DNA of 64,000 nucleotides from a virus: IMG/VR virus record IMGVR_UViG_3300045988_063132, positions 32,001 to 96,000 of that record; one strand, 5' to 3'. Shown piece by piece: positions 50,101 to 58,300 of this stretch (position 1 is its first letter; each line of letters starts with the position of its first letter). The notes under the pieces were generated by a model. It saw only the letters and a program-made list of their open reading frames with translations, ran no database searches and was not told where the DNA came from. The position numbers and the translations under genes were made by a program.

Positions 50101-51543
50101 TATTTCTACATCCTCCGGAGCAATAAACTGATCATATAATACTTCAATAGAATTTTTAGCTTCAGATTGAAGAAATTCTTCTAAGCCTTCTTCAAAAGCG
50201 CTACCTACTCCAATTTTATTAGTAGCGGTAAATCTATCTACGGCATTAACTATGTTATTAATAATTCTATTTGATATGCCTCTATCAAACAATTTTGACA
50301 TATCTCCGCCAGTTTCATTTACTACAGCTTGTGCTGCCATTTTTCCAGATTTTCCTGTAGCCAACCATCTTGTCAAAGCGTTTGAACCAAGTTTTTGTTC
50401 AATGACTGTATTAATAGCACCAGTAAGTAAACCAACAGATGCTGCATCTTCTAAACTAAGACCAGCATCTCTAGCAGCTTGATAAGCTTCACCGTAATTT
50501 AACACCATACCAGCACCAACCATTGGTAATACTGTAGGAGCGCTTTTGATTGCTTCATTGAGTGTTTTACCTATAGTACCCAAAGTTTCTACTTCTTTGC
50601 CTGTAGCAGCTAAACCACCAATAAGACTACCAACTCCGGTGTTAGCTATTGCTCTACCTACTCCGGCATAGGAAACCAAGGAAGACATAACATTACCCAT
50701 AACATTACTAAAGCTTTCCAAATTATCAAACATACTTTGATCAGCTTCTACGCTAGTCTTACCGTAAGGGGTATCTCTGGTTATTTCTTCTTGTCGATAA
50801 TCTGCTAACGCATTTAAACTATCGTATTCTGATTTATAACCTTCACCTTTAGCTAAACTAGAAACAGCTTCTGCAATATCTCCTGCCCCAGCAGCAAAAC
50901 TGTAAATGCCAGGAAGAATACCATGTAACCCTCTTGCAAAGCTCTCGGTAAATCCCAGTAATGCGTTACTTGTTAATTTTTTAGGTCCGTAGGAATTAAT
51001 AATTGAAGTACCTGCTAATTCTACTTTCGCCATAGATTCTTTTGTACCAACTACTTGTTTTAAAGTATATTTTCCTGTTTCAGGATCAATAGCTGGAGTA
51101 AAATAACTAAATAGTTTAAAACTATCAGGTCTGCTTTCTTTTTCCTTCAGTCCTTTTAATACTTCATCAGTTTTACCTTTCATAACTTTTAAAAAGTTAT
51201 TTCTAGTATTGCCTTCTGTACCTTCTGCAAAATCTTCAATATCCATTGAATCTTCTTCAGATAAATATCCTAAAGATTTCCTAAGTAGTGTGTTACCCAG
51301 GAAATCTTCATCTAAATTCAATTCTGATAGACTTTGCTTTTCGCCACCTAATTCATCAGCAGCTATATATTCATCATTCATAATGGAGTTTACCAATGCC
51401 ACGGATTCTATTTCCTCATTGGCCAATCCTTCATTAAAATTGTTATTTATAATGTTAGGAACAGTATAATAAGAATTATAAGTATTTCTTAATACTTCTA
51501 ATCCGTTTGGTTTGTTGCTAACTGTATCAAAACGTGGAAACAT
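41200..51543 (-). CDS. giant virion-type protein, 5' exon (3447 aa); contains a HExxH zincin-like motif
   Basis: Single uninterrupted ORF; AAYHEAFHRVS motif; G/A-rich N-terminal region; no DxDGD motif found. Confidence 0.75.
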   Translation of the reverse strand: MFPRFDTVSNKPNGLEVLRNTYNSYYTVPNIINNNFNEGLANEEIESVALVNSIMNDEYIAADELGGEKQSLSELNLDEDFLGNTLLRKSLGYLSEEDSMDIEDFAEGTEGNTRNNFLKVMKGKTDEVLKGLKEKESRPDSFKLFSYFTPAIDPETGKYTLKQVVGTKESMAKVELAGTSIINSYGPKKLTSNALLGFTESFARGLHGILPGIYSFAAGAGDIAEAVSSLAKGEGYKSEYDSLNALADYRQEEITRDTPYGKTSVEADQSMFDNLESFSNVMGNVMSSLVSYAGVGRAIANTGVGSLIGGLAATGKEVETLGTIGKTLNEAIKSAPTVLPMVGAGMVLNYGEAYQAARDAGLSLEDAASVGLLTGAINTVIEQKLGSNALTRWLATGKSGKMAAQAVVNETGGDMSKLFDRGISNRIINNIVNAVDRFTATNKIGVGSAFEEGLEEFLQSEAKNSIEVLYDQFIAPEDVEIGKGKFGTELFSKESFKSALEEGAAGAIAGLLGGFVHSKVKEDRSIVPFIASGEYESLMAGMNMALTKGAITQQQYDGIKSRAEVLNTLYTDNKDLFARVASYDPKNQMEISEAVLKQLRNQDDYIQNTKNGLEDDYKQFVDILNNSSRVVTVNNKVAEISTVDRFERALRESGRTEEADIIASSKKDAKDKINKILPKPKKFESEEQRRAWLQTRQDIENSIYTIDANRQINNLRNRKLNGEINSLLSNNNDLKQAVEENFTSNVKYTDTLNEKYDAIRKAADENELKKAIEDARNFVIKHAVNFENRNSQITNIHDYAIKQAQLANNAIDEVVDIKRLKDLTTDKDYVKGLYDKRFQTEKVYSSIKAIEDKLAAIEKKTKAVEDYFSSDDYKTSLDSVINDPNTSEDTLRLYTSAKEGDTGSQLEIAEAQKKQLIRDLNKLPVSAKEERSNIKNLIDNKDFEINYLRDKKTKEDEEIAKSIPNPVDADFSNVNDKVISKDGKEFTIDKKATKKSEKYGFVYTLNDKDGKPIEVGQGELLNYNIESKSGGTISLAQLAAEQNKLLEDTSPRQELNLKEGQNEDYEITNPKSKLAKDYAKDDTYKEGVRLASDDKFNAIINNPSTDVSKFAIDFTISDNIENLSGYAKEKAAKKKYLTLLKSSNPIEALDNLSEVERNELIQYLPIQGIITNKGYSNKVFAFSNASKEKTKLVLELLKNKGNVKVPAGNIVRTPGYNNYQPNTSNTLVKGLDLKLNKDGEYVFPNGTPMRIGIADATNSIFYIDPSRESEYLLTANATGTPGSPYLIIPGKYQLTGEEGYVAKLNPNKIPLELATSIARVFADLSSRKIRLKDAIPADNTYGIEPVNVGYLTYAQFLNSLVYFGESTVNSKREPSKILYFDTNNSNIVRFGAKHEALRPNDEDSIAKFAKWMSVNKNFAISRAMLNNDMPVKYGFKIKAGNKTIDFKSGARYLNAIIDNDFLSTDLDISKGLISKSYLVVQNIPITERVITTDSVPSPKEEKTSEVFEKEEIVFKSVENLSEKINNLPDGSTITAKIPGAQKYANKAALVKQGTKLVSLKGEELLNIEGLNEEELSQNIRKALVDVYNKSIDDLIKYESEHPEAQEKVKDEGKLVTVDKTGLKIYTQKTVTVNKQNKQIENPKYYEAIKKATIAPPKTVKPSAESKRKETAKPEPKNTNTFGLLTNNPFDSIEQTEEVKKLREVYDRLINNLSTLSSKLMYDSAVRSLLTKRKAIPSANITKEELSNLLDYTFPDGNTVSRILLNLGKVIPVEASQQISPVKTVPEKVDEKATDTEKPLVEITKETSPFKLGAYVKDAAEYQNLVNDYRNNFDQMDSDEMIDFLSRMNDQISDSIPNFEIYNDIRKGTLKLRERKIKESPVKEAPVTNAPLDPRELNKAAGITDEMIGFTRKKPKNKFTTFGKKPSVSMQVYDNVKQTSDLEKELLNYRRMLGKRAGGNIKLVDQLIRIIGESGRPGWAWSIMNEDGVTLFERPAAGAAYHEAFHRVSLLLLSPEEQARMYNLARKEYSLFNRNDNEVEEFLAERFREDVINNTPDSHSKLGRVISDIKNFIKSFLGLNKTKIDNIDGFFNAIKNGKYKFAKINKAALTNFNQRYANADAPLTVNGVTLHQIYNSSLLGNIVSTLTSMTIDVNGIQNIESLERGLSFKAVKDQLIDIRDKHLAASQNEAFGELERAIYEEKVDLYNEILDNFDTVFRPLIDVKLQGFNIRRVESKLEEKDDLNDLVNDEIRSAYEFSAKENAQADIRVMFLTLKDSETLDPETFLPVYINPDVAWFNAFSTIHNAKSIDEMLELLKKKADETSTIRQAKGDSSKINMYSELYEILTTKDESGNEDEMLKTRFWNTFKKHRNRFINAYFGKDTNDKGKELTSYTITYGDADVNKRSNRLEQNWSATFGVNGTFANKNVLQQAIADYKELKNKSKKHNFLKNDYAENVLELVRILNNVNIAVDGDAIGVLLNNHYFNSNLNVALKNLINGVPRVGSKDPVGLDQLFGEQGLFYNLVNDKIEDVTSHALNLLSKEKSVAELAKAYVAANPTAEDDSVLGPDGNLVYAYSENNTITSMFEEWLKDDSFFTQINGVTYNKSSFWLQQMTDPKVRSNVHVDTMLSMIDKDGYDTGRGYLDIAPNEDLLLKFNAVRNNRLPLPTLANKRTFYFITGLNRQEVTIQNGSLNKETIDLFVNYAINEYSTIQAAINAKNNFLNRLGVSEESWNKMSKVEQDSLMKEKDTNYKELVENYHYIVKGGAMRLTGNGYKFRYFSSLQNKLSDDKFFDINSKGLRKVIEESLIQQVNNTIKQFINQKLINGNEKYLDDEFIKENDSKRINTNLIFSNRLLPASIVKQKVNEKIDLAEAIADYAINSAIAVYEFEKLVSGDVAFYKGSKDYQAMLDDRVKRYSALTSTKSVLRENWPEGFLDFDTHKYKTAIFNSNIVESRVMYNEMMSKYVGTDDNHGLLWKQFEMFRERRVGRFADMTDEQLKEEVVKEADKRLNGYLETDQTDAQVLISPKMFRKLAIMNGEWNGEKEEAYNLMESDEPLSLEDELYAYSVVMQPLKYIHFGYDFINGLQIPIYDKMSLATVFKRVAKGRDLQKVYDLMNDKDVDMIKFDTSVKSGLRQKGTFYVDGKPNTELQEIPVYEQSFKYLGKQLVTDPHHVSRISLGTQMAKIGVAGVEDNDVYEYEGVKYSGKQLIDDYVGAISALSDIGRNNIYEQFGISEITENGKTYMTVNRDKFVQMLKDDAINSNLPSNLIDVLKTIENEDGNKDYYIELSGIPALAWIQSRIISMIKKETIDINTPGGSMIQMSNFAYKDSFAEVDASKYEYKFNKELRFKDENNRLQAIVSINLFKDVLPKDYLLEQAKKNNTSYFEEAKKFILDNQDLAVLSYRIPTQGMNSTLPITIVDVLPSNVGDTIVLPAELTKLTGADFD

Positions 51544-51545
51544 AA

Positions 51546-53339
51546 TTACATATTTGAATTTATTCTTCTACTATCAAAAGAAATTGCTGCGTGTGATGGT
51601 TCCGCTTTAAATGAAGAACTACCACCAAAAATTTTAGCACTGTAAGCATCTTCAAATGCTTTTATTTGTGCAGGATCACTCAAAGCCGGATAACCAATAT
51701 TAAGTTCATAATAATCTTCTTCCATTTGATTATCATCTGTATAAGGTCTGTCTTCTAACTTATTACCTATTTTGTGCTTTCCGTTTATACCTTTTTCAAA
51801 AAGTATTTTCTTTATGTCATTTGTAGTTAAACTACCATACTTACCTTTATTATTTTCTAAAATGGCATCAATTTCACTTTCTGAAACTAATACTTTACCA
51901 GGAACTAAAGGCATTTGTATTAATCCCCCATCACTAACAATACCATAATCTTGTAATCTACCATTTGGTTTCATATAACCTACTTGGATATTAGATACAA
52001 GATCACTAATAATGTTACCATAGGACTCTACAAGATCACTTAACTTTTCTTTTCTCTTCGCAATAGAATTATCAAAACCCCAAGTTTTAAAGGTATCCAG
52101 AATGCTTTTTTCATTATTTAAAAGAAATTCTTTAGATATTTCTGCTACAGGTATACCTGTGTCATTCATAGGTACCACGTGCGTAAAATCAGTTAATGTG
52201 ATTCTCTTATTCTTTCCTTTGGGTTCTCCTTTCTTATATATATCCACATCTCTAGAATCAGGGAAATTAGGATCTAACATAATCTTAAATTCTCCTTCTG
52301 AGAAAGGAATGGATTGTGAATTTACTAATTCTTTTATTTTTGAAGGATTGTTTGAACCTAAGGCTTCTCTGTAAACGTTTGAATAAAGATTTCTAACGTC
52401 ATCTTCTGTAGGATTGTCACCAATAATACCTTCAGCTTGAGCTTTACTCAATTCCTTAGCCAACAAGTTGGTTCGTTTTTGTGCCAAACTTGCATCCAAT
52501 TCCATTACTCTAGATTGAGAAGTCTGAGCGGAGCCTTTTTCTGCAGAAAGTCTTGCATTTAATAATGCAAACTGATCAACTCCAGCTCTATCTCTCCAAG
52601 CCTTTTCTCTTGCTGCTGTATAAACTTGTTGCACAAAAATATCTCTAGCTTGTTCAGGATCAACTCCAGCAGAAATCATAGTTCTCATATGCATTTGTGC
52701 TTGAGGGGTAGCAAGAATCTCACTCAAATGAGAATCTACTTGTGCTTTAGTTCTATCTGCAGATACTCCATGATATAAATATCTACCATCGCTACCCATA
52801 TCGCTAGGTTTAAGATCATTTACGTATGGATCTACTAAATCATTTACAGATTGATATGCTATTGGAGATATATCTTTATATAGCCCTTGAGTAGTAGTAT
52901 CCCAATTGGTAAAGTTTCTATCATGCCATAACGGGTTATATTTACCAGAAGCTATTAAAGCTTGTTTGGCTTTGTTATATGCTTCAAAATTAGCTGCACT
53001 TTGTCTTAATGCTGAAAGTTTAGCTCTATCTACATTATTTATTGCAGATTGTAGAGCCATCTGCCATTCCATACTTTTAATGGCCTCAGGATTTTTAGCG
53101 GCTTGATCAATAATCGGAAGTACTTTACCTCTGGTTTCTGCATCCCAGGTTTGCATATCTTTCATCGATTGCGATTGAAAATCAGCCCATGTATTCGCAG
53201 CAGTTCTATAATCTGCTAAAGCTTTGTCAACTCTTTCATTTGCCTGCTTACCCAATGTATATAATTGTTCAAAAGGGATTGGAACATAGGTATCTATAAA
53301 TTGAGCTTGTGCAGGATTGTCATATCTATTTACTGCCAT
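51546..53339 (-). CDS. putative virion structural protein (597 aa)
   Basis: ORF track; tightly coupled operon member (2-nt gaps). Confidence 0.55.
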   Translation of the reverse strand: MAVNRYDNPAQAQFIDTYVPIPFEQLYTLGKQANERVDKALADYRTAANTWADFQSQSMKDMQTWDAETRGKVLPIIDQAAKNPEAIKSMEWQMALQSAINNVDRAKLSALRQSAANFEAYNKAKQALIASGKYNPLWHDRNFTNWDTTTQGLYKDISPIAYQSVNDLVDPYVNDLKPSDMGSDGRYLYHGVSADRTKAQVDSHLSEILATPQAQMHMRTMISAGVDPEQARDIFVQQVYTAAREKAWRDRAGVDQFALLNARLSAEKGSAQTSQSRVMELDASLAQKRTNLLAKELSKAQAEGIIGDNPTEDDVRNLYSNVYREALGSNNPSKIKELVNSQSIPFSEGEFKIMLDPNFPDSRDVDIYKKGEPKGKNKRITLTDFTHVVPMNDTGIPVAEISKEFLLNNEKSILDTFKTWGFDNSIAKRKEKLSDLVESYGNIISDLVSNIQVGYMKPNGRLQDYGIVSDGGLIQMPLVPGKVLVSESEIDAILENNKGKYGSLTTNDIKKILFEKGINGKHKIGNKLEDRPYTDDNQMEEDYYELNIGYPALSDPAQIKAFEDAYSAKIFGGSSSFKAEPSHAAISFDSRRINSNM

Positions 53340-53341
53340 AA

Positions 53342-55390
53342 TTATACTGTTAAACTATCAACTAAACTATTTACTGTACCGTATCTTAAGAAATTCTGTA
53401 AGTAAGGCAATATCTGACGATCTCTACGTGCTTGATTACGCATCTTTTCTTTAGTCTGAGACCATTGACCTAACTGACCAGCAGCAGTAGCACCAAAGTT
53501 TCTTGCAGCAGCTCTATTACGAGCGTTTAAGTCATTAGTAAGTACAGTATTCTGTACATATTGTTGACCTAAATTGTTCATCATATTTGCGTATTCACCT
53601 AAATATTGATTATTAGCATTATCTCTATTAGCATATACTGAAGTATTCTGAGCATATTCCCCAGTAGCTAATTGATTTCCATATGCTAAATTCATACCGG
53701 TATTAGGATTAAGTCTAGCCATATTATTACGAGCAATTGCTCTAGATCTTCTATTAGCTGCAAGAGTGGGTTCTATATTAAGTTTACGGCTAGCCATTGC
53801 TCTATTAATAGCCCCAGTATAGGGATTAATAACCTGATCTTCTACTTCAGGTCTACGTCTACTCTGAATCCAATTGTACAGTATAGGAGATAAACCAGAT
53901 AAACTACCAAAGCCAAATGAAGATTTGCTAGGTGTTTTAATTTCATCTGGTGTTAACGTAGGATTAAAATCGTCAACAGAAACCAATGGAGCATAGATAG
54001 GATCAGATGCTAAAGCTGGGTTAAAGTCTGCTATATCTAATAAAGGAGCCTGACTAGGAGCAGCTACTGATTTACTTTGTTTACTTGGGGTAGTTACACC
54101 TTTAGCAGTTTTTTTCTTTGTTATAGGAGCTGTACCAGGTAACGATGCTTTAGGAATATCACGTACAGGTTCATTCGTACCTACAGGGATGGTTTCCCCA
54201 GTAATAGCATCGACTTCGTTACTTTCTGGTAATACGTCATAAAAAGCTGGAGCACTACCATAAGTTTGAATTAATCTCTTATTTGGATTTAATTTTATTT
54301 CTTTGTTTGGTACTGCAGCAGCTTTAAGGGCTTCAGAGTATTCTGGTTTCCACTGCGCTATATAATTATTAGGATCATAGATATTCTTGGTAGGAATACT
54401 CGTCTTGTATGCTTTGCTTTTATTTGTATCTGTTATAGATGGTGTAGATAATTTGGGAAGATTTAATCCAGCCATTGTCTCTTTAGCAGTTGCATTTATA
54501 ACACTATCTATTTCATTAACATTAACACTACCTGCGTATTTACCGTTTACATCAAAATATTCTCCACTAGATGGATCAAATTTAAAATAACCTATTTTTC
54601 CAGGTATTCTGGTTAAAATCTGTCTAGATTTTCCATCTTCATATGCTGGTATTCCCTTTACTTTGGGTTTAATACCTTTCTTAGCTTTAACTGCTTCTTG
54701 TTCTGTAAGCAATTGTTCATACATTGCATTTGCATTTATCTGATTTAATCTATCAGCATTGCGAGCAAATCTATCTTTTCCTTTACTTCTTTTAGTCATG
54801 TTAACTAATTTTTTACCTTCTTGTGCAAAGGTTTTATTTGTACCAGGTCTTTTGATTCTATCAGATAGAACAGATTCAAGATTAGAAGCATCTATTAAAT
54901 GATTATCTGTACCTGGTTTACTATTAGGTACTTGTGCAATATTACCAAAGTCATCTCTTATTACTTCATTATTATCCACATAAGCTAAATCTGGCAATAT
55001 ACCACCGTTTTCAAAAGTATAAGCTAAAGAATTATCATCCCAATATTTTTGTTCAAATGTGGCTGCATTACCTTTCCCCATTGCTATTTCTTTAGCATTT
55101 GCTTTAATACGTTTTTGCTTATTAATTGCATTCTTTCTAAAGATACTTGATACAAGGTTTCCAACACCACCTACAACTCCACCTACAGCTGTACCAATAC
55201 CAGGAAGAATAGCAGAGCCTACAGAAGCACCTTTGGCAGCACCTCCTAGAGTACTGCCAGCAATATCTGCACCAGATCCTTCTTCTGTAAAGCCTTGTAA
55301 ACCAGCTCCCAATATAGAAGCAATTTCTAAACCTTGATCTATACCAAAAGCGTAAGCTGGAACTTTCTTTTTATTTATTTTCTTTTTCAT
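53342..55390 (-). CDS. putative virion structural or internal protein with Gly-rich N-terminus (682 aa)
   Basis: GAGLQGFTEEGSGADIAGSTLGGAAKGASVGSAILPGIGTAVGGVVGGVGNLV; operon member. Confidence 0.55.
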   Translation of the reverse strand: MKKKINKKKVPAYAFGIDQGLEIASILGAGLQGFTEEGSGADIAGSTLGGAAKGASVGSAILPGIGTAVGGVVGGVGNLVSSIFRKNAINKQKRIKANAKEIAMGKGNAATFEQKYWDDNSLAYTFENGGILPDLAYVDNNEVIRDDFGNIAQVPNSKPGTDNHLIDASNLESVLSDRIKRPGTNKTFAQEGKKLVNMTKRSKGKDRFARNADRLNQINANAMYEQLLTEQEAVKAKKGIKPKVKGIPAYEDGKSRQILTRIPGKIGYFKFDPSSGEYFDVNGKYAGSVNVNEIDSVINATAKETMAGLNLPKLSTPSITDTNKSKAYKTSIPTKNIYDPNNYIAQWKPEYSEALKAAAVPNKEIKLNPNKRLIQTYGSAPAFYDVLPESNEVDAITGETIPVGTNEPVRDIPKASLPGTAPITKKKTAKGVTTPSKQSKSVAAPSQAPLLDIADFNPALASDPIYAPLVSVDDFNPTLTPDEIKTPSKSSFGFGSLSGLSPILYNWIQSRRRPEVEDQVINPYTGAINRAMASRKLNIEPTLAANRRSRAIARNNMARLNPNTGMNLAYGNQLATGEYAQNTSVYANRDNANNQYLGEYANMMNNLGQQYVQNTVLTNDLNARNRAAARNFGATAAGQLGQWSQTKEKMRNQARRDRQILPYLQNFLRYGTVNSLVDSLTV

Positions 55391-55391
55391 A

Positions 55392-58300
55392 TTATATCAA
55401 TGAATATCTGTATGCTGTACTAATATAAGGAACTTTAAATGTATTACCACCATTACAATCATACTTATAATGACAGATTAAATATTTCCCTTTCATTCTA
55501 TCTCTATAGGATTTGTTTACTAACTCTTCAGCTTCATTTAATTCTCTACTACTACGAGGAACACAGAATTTATAAGTATCTTCTCTATAATCTATATCAT
55601 CCTGAGTAAGAGTGAAACTAGTTTGCCTTTTAGTTTCAAAGTATATGTTATCAAAGTTAGTATCGTAAGTAAAGTCACCACCATATTCAACATTATCAAA
55701 TGTTTTAGTTTGAGGGTACTTATCATTTACTATAAATCTAACATAAGATATTTTATCTTTGCCAGTAAACATATCTAATTCGTTACCTGAATTATACTTA
55801 TATACAGCTAAATTCTTATATATCATTAATTTATCTGTAAATTCAGCATACCAATCAGGTCTATAAGTATAGAATGAAGTAAAAGCTCCAACTTGTTCAT
55901 TAAATACTAAAGTCTTATCTTCTAGAGTAAGAAGAACTTCATTATATTTTTTATCGTATACAGATATAGGATCATTTGTAATTATATCCTTATTATCGTG
56001 TAAATAAGATTGTACACCTTTTAATTTAGATACAGTACGTAATTGATTATCAAAACCACATATTTCATTTCTATCGGCATCATACCAATATACTGTACTA
56101 TCTGATTGTGTTGCAGTTCTTAATTGATTCTCTTTAGAACCATTCTTAGTAGTAAAGTAATCAAATCTAGTTAATACACCACCAGTACCTAACGTAAGTG
56201 CACCTGCATTATTATCTTGGATAAGAGAACGTTCATTTACAGCAAGTGTGCCAAAAGCGTCAGTTTGCCAGAACAACAAGTTATTCTTAAATAACTTTAA
56301 ATTGTTTATAGAACCAAATCTGGTATCAACATCTAAGTAATTAGCAACCCTGAATTTAGTCCACGAATCAGTTACTTCCAAGTTAGTTTTAGGTTCTGAG
56401 TTCATTACCCTAGTATCTGTATGTAAATTATCTATACTATAGATTGATTTACTAACATAGTTTTTAGCTCTAGGTTGAGCAGAATAAGCATCATTATAAG
56501 CATATAATGGCGTATTCTGAACATATATAGAACCTACTTGTACTATATCATTCTCTACAAAGTGATTTGCATAGCCTGTACCAGACTCATAAGTCTTAGC
56601 TGTACCTACGGTATCCGTTCTCAATGAGAGATTAATAGAAGATTCTAACGGTATATAAGCACCATTATATGCTCTAATTCTTTCATTATCTGGTTGTTCA
56701 TAATTATCACTAGCATTATGATATGCAAACATACAGTTAGCATAATCTAATACACCAACGTATGTATCACCACCGAATACGTTTACTTTAGTATTACTAT
56801 TATCTTTTGCATTGACATAAGACCCAGTACCTATATATACAGAGTTCTGTCTTGTAGCATAACTATTGCCACCATAAGGTGTTACAGATTGTCTTAAGTT
56901 AGCAATGAGAATTGCATTAGCACTTTCTGGTCCAGCAGCTAATTCTGGTACTTCACCAACCATAGTATTACGAGAAGTCATATCTGTACTCTGGAATATT
57001 GCACATACCCCATGAGGTCCAACCTTCCTAACATTATTATCGTCATAATCATTAGCCTTAGATGTATCTCCGTATACCCAGTTATAGTATACCATGCTAC
57101 CTACATTGGTAGCTTTAGTTCTCCATGCATCGTCGTCTAAGTCAAAGGGATCTGTATTAGTAGCAATTGTAATGTCTTGAATTGATGCTGAATTATATCC
57201 CCCTGTAGTAACTTTATTGTAATACTTAGCTAAAGTGGCATCATACCATGATTCTGCACCTATATAAATTGCATTATTTGCAGTAGATTGTTTTATAGAA
57301 TCACCTATAGCTGTAACTGAAGTATAAGCCCAACCACTATTCTTAGCCCAACTAGTAGAAGTATTTGAGGTTATATTCTTTAAATCGTGTTTTGAAGCTT
57401 TTGCCCCAACTAATACTTTGACTTTATCACCGTTGGGTACAACCTTATCATTCGCAGGAGTACCATTACCCATAGATTCATCAGGAGATATTGAAGATCG
57501 TAGTCTATATATACCTTTAATCTCTGTAGCTCTACCTGTTACTTCAGATGCATTTGTTCTATTAACACATATTTCTGGTGATATGAATAAGAAATATTCA
57601 TTAGCATTCTGACTACTAAAGTCAAAAGCATGTGCATATTTATTATTTTGTGACACCATACCATGAGAAGTAGAATAAGTAAGATATGGAAAAGCAGTTA
57701 ATTGATTTGTATTATCATAATTACAAACACAACTAACAGCCCCTTGCATCAATATTGTTCTATCTGAAATAGTTCTTTCACATCTTACAATCTCATAACC
57801 AGTAATCTTCTTACTTTGGATTAAATCACTTGGTATATTAACTGTGAATTGTACACCTAATGGGTGTGTAACTACTTCCAAACTATTAGTAGTATTACCA
57901 CCAATATCTACTCGCATACCTGAAGTAAAGATGTTATAACCAGGTGCACTAGCTTTAGGCATTCTAATATCAGCAATCCAATGAGCTGAAGATGCTACAT
58001 TCTCTTCATTATAGAATACAATAGCAAAGCGATATATTTCATCTCTCATGTAGCTTCTTACCATTGATTCTACTTCACTATTACTATAGTTTAATATCTT
58101 AGCAGTAGCATCAGCAAATTGCAAAGAACCTGCATCTGACCAAGAACCATCTTCCTCAATATTGTATAAGTCTAGAGTAGATGTAGAACGGGCTTTAGAA
58201 TTTAATGAGAAAGAATCTTCAGCGTAACCTGTCCTAGACGTGGGGGCGTCGCTTTCAATTAGATTTGTTTTTATAAATCTATATGAAATATTTTTACCTA

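Noticed and set aside
31552-51543. Calling the giant proteins crAss-type virion RNA polymerase subunits
   Set aside because: The catalytic DxDGD double-psi beta-barrel motif was searched for by eye in the 1996-, 3447- and 913-aa sequences and not found. The label is kept generic pending profile searches.
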